From Tubiluchus corallicola (Eukaryota > Animalia > Priapulida), in NCBI GenBank assembly GCA_030141605.1, contig JAQGDQ010000082.1, positions 558,001-622,000 of the forward strand: a stretch of 64,000 nt of DNA, in the 5' to 3' direction. Both the position numbers and the translations under genes were made by a program. The notes under the pieces are model-generated. The model worked only from the letters and a program-made list of their open reading frames with translations, had not been told where the DNA came from and did no database searches. Shown here piece by piece: positions 13,468-25,560 of this stretch. Numbering within the stretch: position 1 is the first letter of the stretch; each line of letters begins with the position of its first letter.

Positions 13468-14511
13468 ATGTGCCATACAATGTGGAAGAAAGGTGCATTA
13501 ACTGTATTGGTAATTGGTTTAACACTGTTCTTTTGTGTTACCATATTTCATCCCCGACAACTAATAAGAATGAGTGGTCAAGACAGGTCACTTTCTTCTT
13601 GGGAAAATGATAGCTCCATCAATGACTTAAACAAATTCAAGTGCGCAGATCATGGTAGCTGGTATTTTGACTACTGTTTTTGCCACCCAGGATATGTAGG
13701 AAAAGATTGTTGTGAGAGATTACTTTTTGACAGGGAAACCACGAAAGCATGTCCAAACCTTGCACAGAAAATAACGTATGGCAAATTCATGAAGGCTGAA
13801 AACATCTCGGCGACTTGCTTTTCCCAGCGAGAAAGTGGCGTCGTACAAGTGCCACAGTTTCTTTGGAAAAAGGCACAAACCAATGAGCTAAAAATATGGT
13901 CACACACAAGAGGGAAAGGTGACAGATTTGCTGAGCATTACGAAGGCTTCAATCAATATCGCAAAGTCCCAGTTCAGCTGGGAAACTTGGTTGAAATTGG
14001 TGCTGGTCCATTTACTCAAACGTTATACCTCATGAAAGCAAGACATGATGTTAATATTTCGCATGTGACACTAGTTGAGCCTATGGCTGACATTTACATG
14101 AAGACAGTTCCAAGGTGCACTTATAAGTCTGGAAGTTTATGGGGATATCCAACAACTATTGTTTCTTCTCCTGGTGAAGTTTATATGCAAACGAATGCGT
14201 TTGACACTGTAGTGAGCATTAATGTTATAGAACACGTGCAGGATGCATTGGAATTTCTGCACAACATCTACACTTGCCTAAAATACAATGGCACGCTAAT
14301 TTGGCATGAAAGGTGGAATCCTGTGCCTAAACATGGTCAGAAATATGATCAACTGCATCCTATTCAAATATCTCGTTTAGTAGTTGAGAAATTTTTAATG
14401 GGTTTTGAGCCACTGTATGTGAGTACAAATCCTACTTCAGCTGCTGTTAAACGAGCAAACAATCAAACAGGTATATATTTTATAGGGCTTAAAAAATCTA
14501 GTTTTAGCTGA
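13468..14511 (+). CDS. Intronless predicted type II membrane protein with EGF-like module and class I SAM-dependent methyltransferase domain (copy 1)
   Basis: 347-aa ORF; the start may instead be ATG 13480, which is shared with copy 2. KK followed by a hydrophobic TM (ALTVLVIGLTLFFCVTIF); EGF-like CADHGSWYFDYCFCHPGYVGKDC; motif I LVEIGAGP; acidic TLVEP; FDTVVSINVIEHVQDALEFLHNIYTCLKYNGTLIW. AATAAA at ~14547 and ~14560. Confidence 0.85.
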   Translation: MCHTMWKKGALTVLVIGLTLFFCVTIFHPRQLIRMSGQDRSLSSWENDSSINDLNKFKCADHGSWYFDYCFCHPGYVGKDCCERLLFDRETTKACPNLAQKITYGKFMKAENISATCFSQRESGVVQVPQFLWKKAQTNELKIWSHTRGKGDRFAEHYEGFNQYRKVPVQLGNLVEIGAGPFTQTLYLMKARHDVNISHVTLVEPMADIYMKTVPRCTYKSGSLWGYPTTIVSSPGEVYMQTNAFDTVVSINVIEHVQDALEFLHNIYTCLKYNGTLIWHERWNPVPKHGQKYDQLHPIQISRLVVEKFLMGFEPLYVSTNPTSAAVKRANNQTGIYFIGLKKSSFS

Positions 14512-14717
14512 CATTGTTTAGAATGAATAACTTTTCGATACTGTTTAATAAAAGTTTATAATAAACAGATTTTGCGCAATGCACTAACGGCACTGTTGCT
14601 TCTGTTTCTTATTCCACCACTTTCTTTTTTTGCAAAAATTATTACCTCTCACTTTCTTATTCTTTCGAACCCTTTCAAAAATTTTATAGTGTGTGAGAGA
14701 AGTCTGAATTGTGTCAA

Positions 14718-16090
14718 ATGGCGCGCGGTAAAAAATGGCACAGGAAAAAAATGACGCAAATGGAAAAGCACGTAAAAATGCCACAGGAAAAATGACACAT
14801 ATGTTATTTTCATGCAGTTGATTTCTATAACAAAACTAGAATGCACTCAGTAGGAAGCAGATCTCTGCTGAAGCCAATCAATCCTAAACTTATTCGTCTG
14901 ATTCTTCTGGTTAAAAAAATAACACAAAGATAAATAAATAAACATACAAAAATGTACCTGTAGACTAGCAAAAGACTCACAAAACATTTGTTCAATAAAG
15001 TATTTATAATCAATAATGTCCGATGGTTCCACATAGTGTTTATCTACCTTTTCGTCCAATAATTTTGGAGATGGTAATAGACTGACAAATGTATACGTAT
15101 TTACATACCAAGTCATCTTGTTACACATTAAAAAGCAACGTTACACAGTTTTACAAGCGAGAATCTCTCGCGGCGATAGCAAAAAAAGAAGCACTAAACA
15201 CTCACTCTGAGGCCTTCATAAAGTGTTTCATGAATGTTTTTTTTACGTCGTGTTCGGTCAAGTTTGCGAAAAAAGAACTGGCGAAAAGATTCTCACTTTG
15301 GCCCCAATACTCACCTTTCTTTACAAAGTTTCTTGGAAATTTGTTAGGTAGTTTTTGCGTTATATGCTTATTGCCTTACACAAAAAAAAACAATCAAACA
15401 AACAAGCAAACTGTGTTGAAGCGTAACTTCCCTGGCAGAGGTAAAAATCGATAAGATAATACCACCCCCCCCCCACCCCCCACTGTAGCCCTAAGCCTAA
15501 ACACGTATTTTATTAAGCGTGTCATTTTTTCCTCTGCCATTTTAGCTACTTTTCCATTCGTGCCATTTTTCTTTTGACATTTTTCCTTGCCATTTTTTCC
15601 AGTGCCATTTTTCCTTTGCCATTTTTACCTACATTCCCACATTCAGGCAATACACATTTATAAACAATTTGTGTAAGTGATGTTCGGTCAAGTTTTGCGA
15701 AAAAAACTGGCGAAAAGATTCCCATTTTGGCAACCCATATCCGCCTTTCTTCACAAAGTTTCTGGGAAATCTGTTAGATAGTGTTTGCGTATTAGTCATA
15801 ACAGACAAAAAACAACCAAACAAACAGACAAACCAACAAACAAACTGTGATAAAGCATACCTTCCCTGGCAGAAGTAAAAATAACTAAAATAATTATCCA
15901 CCCCCCACTGTAACACTAACCACAAACACATTTTACTAAGCATGCCATTTCTGCCTACTCCATTTGTATCATTTTTTCCTGTGCCATTTTACCGTGCAAT
16001 TTTTCCTGTGCCATTTTTACGTGTGCAGTTTTTACCTGCTTTTCTATTTGTGTCATTTTCCCTGTGCCATTTTTACTGTGTCATTTTTTC
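14718..16090. repeat. Foldback/MITE-like composite repeat with inverted arrays of a short motif and an internal tandem duplication
   Basis: Copies of AAAAATGGCACAGG at ~14730-14800 face many TTTTCCTGTGCCATTTT copies at ~15520-15630 and ~15945-16090. ~15220-15630 and ~15650-16090 are diverged direct copies of each other. Confidence 0.65.
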
Positions 16091-18847
16091 TTACATTCAT
16101 CGAGTACAGTAGACAGTTAGAATGTGCCGTATTTTTCGCTTAACTCATGTTCATATTTTCCCACTCGTAACGACTCATTTCAGCGTTAGATTGGAATTAA
16201 TTTGCATTGCATCATCGCCATATAATTTAATGATTTTCAAAGGATTTAAAATAAAGTTTAATAAACAATCTAGAATGAAAACATCCTGAGCCTTATGTTG
16301 GAGCCTAAATTTCCCCAATAAATTAAGCTCCTTCACAAGATTTTTTACAAATTCTTTTATGGCAGGACCGGATCTTCGTTTATTTTTAAAATAATCCTCT
16401 GAGATTAAATACAGAATAGGCAGAGGTCACCACCAAATGCATGTATAATTTGCATCCTCTATTATGGTTATTCTAGGAAAAATGGGAAGTAAATTTTTCT
16501 GGCAAAGAAGTCTGCGAAGTTTTTGTCGGGGAAAAAATTTTCTGGCAAAAAACTTTTCTGTTAAGCGAGTCTACCCCGTCATCACCCAGCAGTACTGGCA
16601 ACTAGCCCACACAGCCGATCCGTAATAATTTTCCCTGCAAATGCATTTCCATTTTAACGTAAGCAGTTAAATTTGCGATAATCTGGCCTACTAATTATGA
16701 TTTAATAGCAAAGCAAGGGATAGCTGTCTGAATTCATCACGTCAGTAAATTAACAAGATAAACTACTTAGAAATCACGCAACACACAAACCTTATAATAC
16801 GCAAAGTTTCAGTGTATTTGCATAGTACTAAATCTTAGGAAATTCCTTAACAGATTATTGTGAAACGTGGTTTTCACCAACACTTTCAATAATAAAAGTT
16901 TCAAACCTCTTTGTGCTTCTGCTTAGATAAAGTTAATAATGATCAAGATAAGAAAGTCTTATTTTGAGTTGCTGTCAATTTTGAAACCATCTTCACTATG
17001 GCTTAACTGAACCTCAATTTCACAGGCATGATTTACACTGGCTCCTGGATTATGTCCTTGGCAACTCGGTAGGTCCAGAGCGGCACAGCGATAGGCACTC
17101 TGCACTCGAAACACTCCCCAGGCTTCACTGCAACTGTCACTCAAACGGCTTTGAAAACGTCTTGAATGGCAACTTACGGTCTCGTTGCAATCACAATTGC
17201 ATCTACGTTTACAGTTGGCAGTTTGTTCTATGGGTTAACAAAAAGGGAGGCAAAAAATGAGAACACAATTAGTTCGGGAATAAGGAACAAACAGTTTCGA
17301 GTGATAGCCACGGAGAAGGCGAGGTGGTCGAGAAAACAAATCATCATCCAGCAGTGCACTTTCAGTGACGCGCACATTGCTTTCTAGTGCGGATTAACAT
17401 TAAAATCAAAAGTATAATCCGGAAAGATCCGATCACGTTTTTCTCATCCGCATCCGACCCGCATTTTTCTTTACTATGCGATACTAAATCCGGTCCCCAG
17501 GAACGTCACTCGTTGTTTTCAAGTCCCGGGACAGTAATTCCCTTCGAGCTACGCATGGCTATTTCAATTATGTCATGATAGGTGAGGTTCGTGAGTCCTT
17601 CAAGCGCTTAGTGAGGCTCTTGAAGATTCGCTTACCTTTGCGTTTAGCTCTTTGATTATCGCATCATTAACTGTATTTTCTTCTTAGATTCACAGTTTCT
17701 TCATATTAGTGTTTGTATACTGGTGACACAGGAAGTTTTTCTTTTCTATCCAGATTTTTAAGCCAATACTTATTACTTTCTTTAAGTATGCCAGGCTTTC
17801 CACATCAAGTTCTGTGGCTAGTGCTACTGATGAAATAGTTTTTTTAGTATATTAATGCAAAGTATAATGGTTCCATTAAGGATTTGGTACACACATGTGT
17901 AAGGTATAATAATCGCATTATCGTTAAAGAGTGAGTTTTAAAAGTTCTGTTACTGTTTTGAAAACTTATCAAAATGCAAAACCTGAAAAAATGCAACACA
18001 AGTTTGTAATTTTAATTTCTGCATGTATTTGAAGCAGAATTATTTCAATTTCTGAATGTTTTAACATCACCAATACTACAGATGCACATATCATATACAG
18101 AAAAAATAAAAACTAAGTAGCACAAGACAGTCTTAAAAACGTCTAAATTAACTTTTTGGAGACTAGTGACATAGCAGTTATAGAGCTATTACACTATTAC
18201 TTCAAGTGATTGCACTATACTATTACTATTAATTCAGTAAAATTCTCTAAATAAAGTAAAAAATATAACAAAATTGATAATGACACTTCATGAACACTAC
18301 ACATATTTTACATAACACATGAATGCCAAAAAAGACTATGAATTGAAAATATTTAAGACATACAAGATTTTGGTTGCTGTGGTACACAGTACTCCTAGTG
18401 TTTGGGTTTACCAGAAGTCAGGTAAATCAAGCAGCATAATTATGCTTAGACATTATGCAACATTTCTTGTTAACGTAATCATCTTCTAAAACAACAGCAT
18501 TCCTTCCTAATAACGTCTGCAAAATGCTTATTTTTTCTTCAAGCTCAGATTTGGTTACGGATGTTGATGGTTGTCTTTGTTTTCGTTTTTTTGTTGAGGA
18601 AAACCAACATAGCTGTTTGTCTGCTTTACTAGGAGCAGCTTTGTTGCTGTTGGCTATAGGAGCATGTGGCTTCCTCTGCATAGCTTTTACTAGGGCAGCA
18701 ATTCCTCGCAGCTTTTCTCTTTAATTTGTTGAAATATAGCACGATCATTAGTCTCTTCCAACATACTTCACAATATAACATATTCCTAATATCTACATGT
18801 TTGTCTTCATCATGCCCGCTGTTTCTTGCTGTTCTTCCTTGCACAGA

Positions 18848-21800
18848 GTTATAAGTTTATAAGTTTTATAAGTTTATTTATTTCCACTCTGCATCTAACA
18901 ATTATAATAAAAATACAGATAATTTCACTGAAGTAAATGTAAATATAAATTCAGTATTATCCAGATTTTACAAAATGCAGCATATACATGTGCAAATTAC
19001 ATTACAGAATAATTTTGATGCATATAGTTTGAGCCTAAAAGCATAGCTTGACAGGCCAAACTGTACGTGGAAATCTTAAAAAAATGATTAATAATTGAAA
19101 TAATGAAATAATGATAATATATACATAAAAGTGGGGGGGAGTAGTGAATGACAGATGAAATGGAGCAAGAACTAAGAAAAACTGTGATCATGATTATAAA
19201 GTGTTCAGTAACCTGTTGAGCATAGTCACGTTATATTAAGATTACTGTGGAAAAAGAATGCAGGTTATTACCATTATCAAATTGTGTTACTCTTAATACT
19301 TTTGAAATATTTCTTTTCTGACGGTTTTTTTAAAAGTTGAAAGGGAGTGACTACATTTTGAATTGCAGCTTAGTCTATTCCATAGGACTGGTCCCATATA
19401 GCTAATGAAATGTTTCGCCATATTTGTCCTACAACGTCTTGGTATATATTCATTATGTCTGGTATTGTATTTTTTTACATTTATCTTGACTGGATTTTCA
19501 AAAAAAGTTGGAAATAAGTTGTTGTTGGTTCTATACATGTATATACATCCATTAAAATTAATAACATCATCCAGAAGTAATATTTGACATTGCTTAAAAT
19601 GTGTAGTAGTAATTGTGCTCCTTTTGTCTAGTTTGAAGATTTAGTGTCTAGTTAAAAATTTTTGTTGTAAAACTCTTAAGCATTCTAAATTTGTAGTATA
19701 AGTAAAGCCCCATAATGTTGTGCAGTAATTTAAATATGATAATATTAAACTGTTGTATAATGTTAGAAGATGTTCGGTGTTCAGAAAGTTTTTAATATAT
19801 GAGATAATACCTATATTTTTTGATATTTTCAATCTGATCATGAATATATGTGGTCGCCAGTCTAGATGCTCATTCAGGATTAATCCCAGAAATTTCAGTT
19901 CTTTAACACGTGTAATTCTTTTATGGTCTATTATTAAATCGTGGTTCGCCTGAATTGGTTTATTTCGGGATCTAAACAGAATGTATTTTGTTTTTGATGA
20001 ATTTAGTGAAAGTTAAATGTTTTGAACCATATAGCTAGATCATGTAGAACTGTATTTATGTAGCCAATATTGATTTCTATTTTATGAAAGCTAAAAAAAT
20101 GCTTGTATCATCAGCAAACAGAAATAACTGTGATTTTTAACACAAAATTTGATGTCATTAATATAAATTAGAAAAAGTAGTGGCCCAAGGACTGAGCCTT
20201 GGGGCACGCCACATTTGATTGGTGCTACATCTGAAAAAGCGTTATTATATTTTACTGTCTGAGTGTGCCCTGTTAAATAATTCTTTAGCCACATATGAGG
20301 CAAACCTCTGATACCGTAACAGTACAACTTATTTAGCAGAATGTCATGGTTTACTGTATCAAATGCTTTTGATAGGTCACAAAATACTCCGTAGGATGTG
20401 CCATTTTTTTCAACAGTATTAATGATATTTTCTATAATTTTTGTTAAGGCTATTTCGGTGGAGCTACCTTTTCTGAAACCAAATTGTTTATTACTCAGTA
20501 TTCTTTTTTTTATTAAATAATGATTGTAAAAAACTTTTTCTAATATTTTTGATATAAAAGGTAATAAGGACACTGGTCTATAATTGTTCAGCTCGTGTAC
20601 ACCTAGCTCGTACACTGTGTACAGATGTTAATATGATGGGTTCTAAGTTCCCTGATCATTCACTTATAGAAATGACAATTGTACCTAATTATTCTACGGA
20701 GGAGTATAATGACAATAATGATGCACATTCTGTAGGTGATGATGATTTGTATGACAATGTGCCAGTTGATGATAAATATTACAGAAGATATTGTATGACT
20801 GATATTTCTGACCAAATGTTCTCATCTGACATGTCTAAACAAGCATTGGCTAATTGTATCCAAAACATACAATCTTTTAGAGATGGTCAAACTGAAATTG
20901 ATAATCTTTATAGTGAATTTTGTCAATTGTACTACAGTGAAATGGACGAATGGTTGAGATATAGAGATGTGAATCCCAAAGCCAAGAAAAGGCTTAGGCA
21001 CTCAATAAAACCATTTTGGACAGAGGAACTTACAGATTTATGGAAAAGTTTATGTGATGCTGAGAAACAGTATTTATCCCTTCCTCAGCACAGTAGTGGA
21101 CGAAAACAGGCTAGGAAGGTATTTATAGACTGTCAACACAAATTTGATCAGATTTATAAAAAGGAAAAAAGGAATTATCAAAGGCAAAAAATTTGTGACA
21201 TTGAACAATTAAATGTTGATGATCCCAAGTCCTTTTGGCAAGAGATCAAAAAACTTGGTCCACAAAGTAAGCAAGAGATACCAATGGCTGTATATAATGA
21301 AGATGGGTCCATTAATGTAAATCATGAAGATGTACTGAATAAATGGAAGCATGAATTTAGTACACTTTTCAGTGGACCTACTGAGTGTGGCACCTTCAAT
21401 GATGAATTTTATATAAATGCAATGCAACAGAAAGCAAATTTGGAGTCTCAACTTGATTACTTAAATTCCAACATGTTTTTGAATAGGGATATCACACAGG
21501 AGGATGTAGAGAAAGTTGTGAGGAGGGCCAAAAATAAGAAAGCAGTTGGGTATGACAATCTCCCTAATGAGATTTTAAAGCTAAATCAGTCTATTAGTGT
21601 GCTCTCTGTTTTATTTAATAAGATATTTAACACTGGAGTTATCCCCTCAGTATGGAAATATGCCATTATAAAACCCATACCCAAAGGTTCTCTTATAGAT
21701 CCCAAATTGCCTATGCAATATAGGGGAATTTCTTTGCTCTCCACAGTGTATAAATTGTATACTGGTGTCATTAATGTGAGATTAGCTGCATACATGGAGG

Positions 21801-23936
21801 AGAATGGTATTTACTGCGATGAACAAAATGGCTTTAGGTCGAAAAGATCTTGCACTGATCATATTTATGTGTTAACATCTATACTGAGAAACAGAATGAG
21901 TATGAATAAGAGCACATATGCTTGTTTCATCGATGCTGAAAAAGCATTTGATCGTGTAGATCGTGATCTCCTGTTGTATAAGTTGTTATGTCACAATGTG
22001 GATGGTAAAATGTATAGCAGCATTAAGAATATTCTTTCAGATACCTATAGTGCTGTGAATCTAAATGGTATCCTCACTGATAAATTTAAATGTGAATATG
22101 GTGTCAGGCAGGGAGACACTTTGTCACCAACCCTGTTCAGCTTGTATATAAATGATATGGCAGATGATGTAAAGTCCCTAAATATTGGTATTCCTGTTGG
22201 TAATGATAAGATTTGTATTTTAATGTATGCTGATGACGTTGTAATTTTAGCAGAATCTGAAGAAGATCTTCAGAAAATGTTAGATAAGATCACTGAGTGG
22301 GGAAAGAAATGGAGAATCAAATTTAACAGTAAAAAGTCAAATGTTGTCCATTTCAGAAAACCCCAAGTGAATCAAACTGATGTACTATTTAAACTTAGTG
22401 ATCAGATTTTGAGCACTGTAGATAGGTATAAGTATCTGTGGATTTATCTTAATGAACATTTAGATTATAAGGTTACAGCACAAGTACTGGCAGACTCAGG
22501 CAGTAGAGCTCTGGGTGCCTTGATTGGTAAATATAAAAGTTAAATGGGCTGGGTTATTATTCCTTTACTAAGTTATTCAATGCAGGTGTATGTCCTATAC
22601 TTGATTATGGTTCAGAAGTATGGGGATATAACAAGTACCCTAAAATTGATACTGTCCAGAATAAGGCATTAAGAATATTTCTTGGTGTTCATAATTTTGC
22701 TGCTAATCAATGTATACAGGGTGATATGGGATGGTCACCATCTTCAGTTAGAAGAAAGTCATCTATGATAAGGTATTGGAATCGTCTTTTAACACTTGAT
22801 AATTCTAGACTTGTTAAGAGAATATTTCTTTGGGACCGTAATACCAACGTTGGTTGGTCATATGAAATTTCTAAAGTCCTAGAGGAAGCAGGGTTCCAGC
22901 AAGCTTTTGTTAATATGGATACTGTACCTCTTAGCAGAGCATGGGCACAGCTGTATGAGAAACAATGTGTTGATTGGAAAGCAAAAAATGCAGATTACCC
23001 TAAACTTAGAACATATATATTGTATAAGAACAGCTTTGGAGTAGAACCATATGTTTATATTAATATGCAAGGAAAATACAGGTCTGTGCTTGCAAAGCTA
23101 AGAAGTGGTACTCTTCCCCTGGAACTGGAGCATGGTAGGTTTAGAAATGTTAAGGTTGGTGAACGTTTGTGTAAGATATGTTGCTGTGGAGATGTAGAAG
23201 ATGAATCTCACTTTATGTTTGTTTGTACACATTATAGACTAGAGAGAGAAGAATTTTTCCAAGATATTAACATGGACCCGGAACAATTAGATAATGTAAA
23301 TAAATGGAAATATATTATGTCAGAAGAGAATGTCCTTAGGACTGCAAAATATGCTTATATGATTTTTAGAATGAGGCAAAGCAAGATATATATTTAATAC
23401 ATGACTTGTCCATTCAGGTATATGTTAAAATTCCATATTATATATTTTTTATTTATTTGATATTCTATGTAAATGAACTGCACAGTTACTATGTGATAAA
23501 TTTTCATGAAATTGACTTGTAAGCCCAAGTGGGCTGGAAACAGCTTTAATAACATTTTACAGTATTAATTAACACATGAATTATTACATTGTTATTATCA
23601 TATGTTTATGTCAATAAAGATATTCAATCAATCAATCATGTTCAGCGACATGGGATCATCTGATTTAAACAAAGGAACAATAATTGATTCTTTCAATTTC
23701 ACTGGTATTTCACCTGTAAGAAAAGATAAATTAAATAAATATTGCAAAGGTTTAGAGATGTAATCGATGGTGTCTGTTAATACCACTCAAGACACGTGAT
23801 TGCTCTGTATAGTAGCTTACTTTTATTCCTTTAAAAAGTTAATATTAGTTATTAGTAATCTGAATGTCGCCTACAATAGATGAGTCATTTACAAATTCAT
23901 TTAGTTCTCATATAAATAAATAAATAAATTTTTACA
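18848..23936 (-). mobile_element. 5'-truncated, degraded L2/Crack-like LINE split by a nested insertion (parts ~18848-20592 and 23639-~23936)
   Basis: RT motifs NYRPVSLLP, QFGFRKG, DLSKAFDTV, GVPQGSVLGP and (frameshifted) LFADDT; C-terminus YMGPVLWNRL. 23639-23760 encodes the upstream PLQYLFNLSFLTGEIPVKLKESIIVPLFKSDDPMSL. An (AAACTTAT)n-like tail lies at 18848-18880. Confidence 0.85.
20593..23638 (+). mobile_element. 5'-truncated RTE-X-like LINE with RT and C-terminal CCHC, (AATC)n tail and 8-bp TSD
   Basis: ORFs 20633-22543 and 22726-23397 are joined by one frameshift near 22540. Motifs QYRGISLL, EQNGFR, IDAEKAFD, GVRQGDTLSP, MYADD and ERLCKIC...EDESHFMFVC. AATAAA and (CAAT)3 at the 3' end. 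TGTTCAGC is repeated at 20585-20592 and 23639-23646. Clade assignment is by motif recognition only. Confidence 0.92.
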
Positions 23937-25560
23937 TTGCACGTTCATCCGAACGATAGGCAGCAGCACTACAAACTTTTCTGATAAGCTGAAGGCATCT
24001 ACAGTTTCAATTATGCAAAATATAATCAAAACTAGGTGATCGAGCAAAAATTCACAGTTTAAAAATGAGTCCTGCATCTTACTTTACCCGAACAATGTTT
24101 CTAAGTGAAATTTGCAAAACTTTGTTTTCTATTTGCCTGAAAAATTGTTAGTTAGTTTACAGCTATAATTTCTTACCATTTTTAGTAATCCTGACTGTTA
24201 GTCTTGCACAGCATTTAAATCCTTGCCTCCCTGAGCCTTGCACTTTCATCTGCCGCTTGCCTTTGCTTCATCCTCTCCTGTCCACTCCACCTCTGTGACA
24301 CTGATAATACTCGAATTTTGCATTTTTGGTTTGATGTTGGCCAGAATCCTTCACATATCGATAATTTTGTCTTCTTCTTTATCATGCTTCCACTGATGAA
24401 AACCTGTAAATGAGTAAATAAGTTTATAATTATAGTTACGTTTTACTTTTTTAAATTCAAATTAGCAATCAAAAATACTAAATACAAACATTTACTTCCA
24501 AAAGCATAATTTTATGTTGACACCTGACACGTCTGTATCTAACTACTAGTTAACTTATTAATTAACCAGATGTCCAGTGTAAATGAGCTAAATTAATTTA
24601 AAAAGTTCATTACATAATAGTGTGTAGTTACACTTACGAGTACAATAAACTAGTTACACAACTGAGTAAAGTGAAGCTTACCATCTTCAGACAAAAAGTA
24701 CAATAGCATCATTTCTTCGTCGACATTAGATAAGCCTTTACAGGAGCCTCTTTTCAGGAGTTGTTGAAGATCTTTCCTTGAATGTTTAGCATCACAAAAC
24801 TCACAAGAGAACACAATTTTGCAGGGCCATCTTCGTCTTGAAAATGGATTGCAAGACTTGCACTGAAATGAGACTATGATTAATAATAAATGTATTTACG
24901 TATACATATGAATATGCACAAGTAAGCATACAAACAAACAAGGCAGGGCAGATGCACACAAGCGTCAATTTTAAAAATGACTATTCAAAATCAAATTTCA
25001 AAGTCAAAAGTAGCTTTTACAAAATTAAAAGATCTTTTTAAGCAATATAAAAAGCTCGCAGTGAAATCACGTACGGGTTCATCTAGCAAAAAAATGATTT
25101 TCCTGGCCTTTTTATCCAGAAAATGCTTGTAAAAGAGTCACTAAAGAGTGGGTAATAACCAGTCAGGTATCATCATTACCACTGGTAGCATCAGCATGCA
25201 CAACATGGCTTTAATGTTTGACTTATTTGTGTAATATTCACACTGCTGAACGACGCTAGACTGCTAAATGTTGTTTGGCCAACTAACACCTTGTTGAACG
25301 ACGCTAGAACGGCTTTTCGTAAAGTCATTAACTCACGGTTGTATATTGCCACCTACCAACAAAAATTGATTAACTTGCCTTGCGTCTTACGTCTACGAAC
25401 GAACCGACACGTGATTTTGCATAGAAACAGTAGTTAATTATCAAAACAAATATACTCGTCCTCTGTCAGCTATGTAAATAAGAGATAACGGGCATATCCG
25501 TGCTCAGACGTTAATCTGTTAATTAATCATTAAAATTTTCTGATCTTGACGTGCCGTACA

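Noticed and set aside
15520-16090. Short repeated motifs that might suggest a CRISPR-like array
   Set aside because: Degenerate abutting repeats without unique spacers, in a eukaryotic context with no cas genes.
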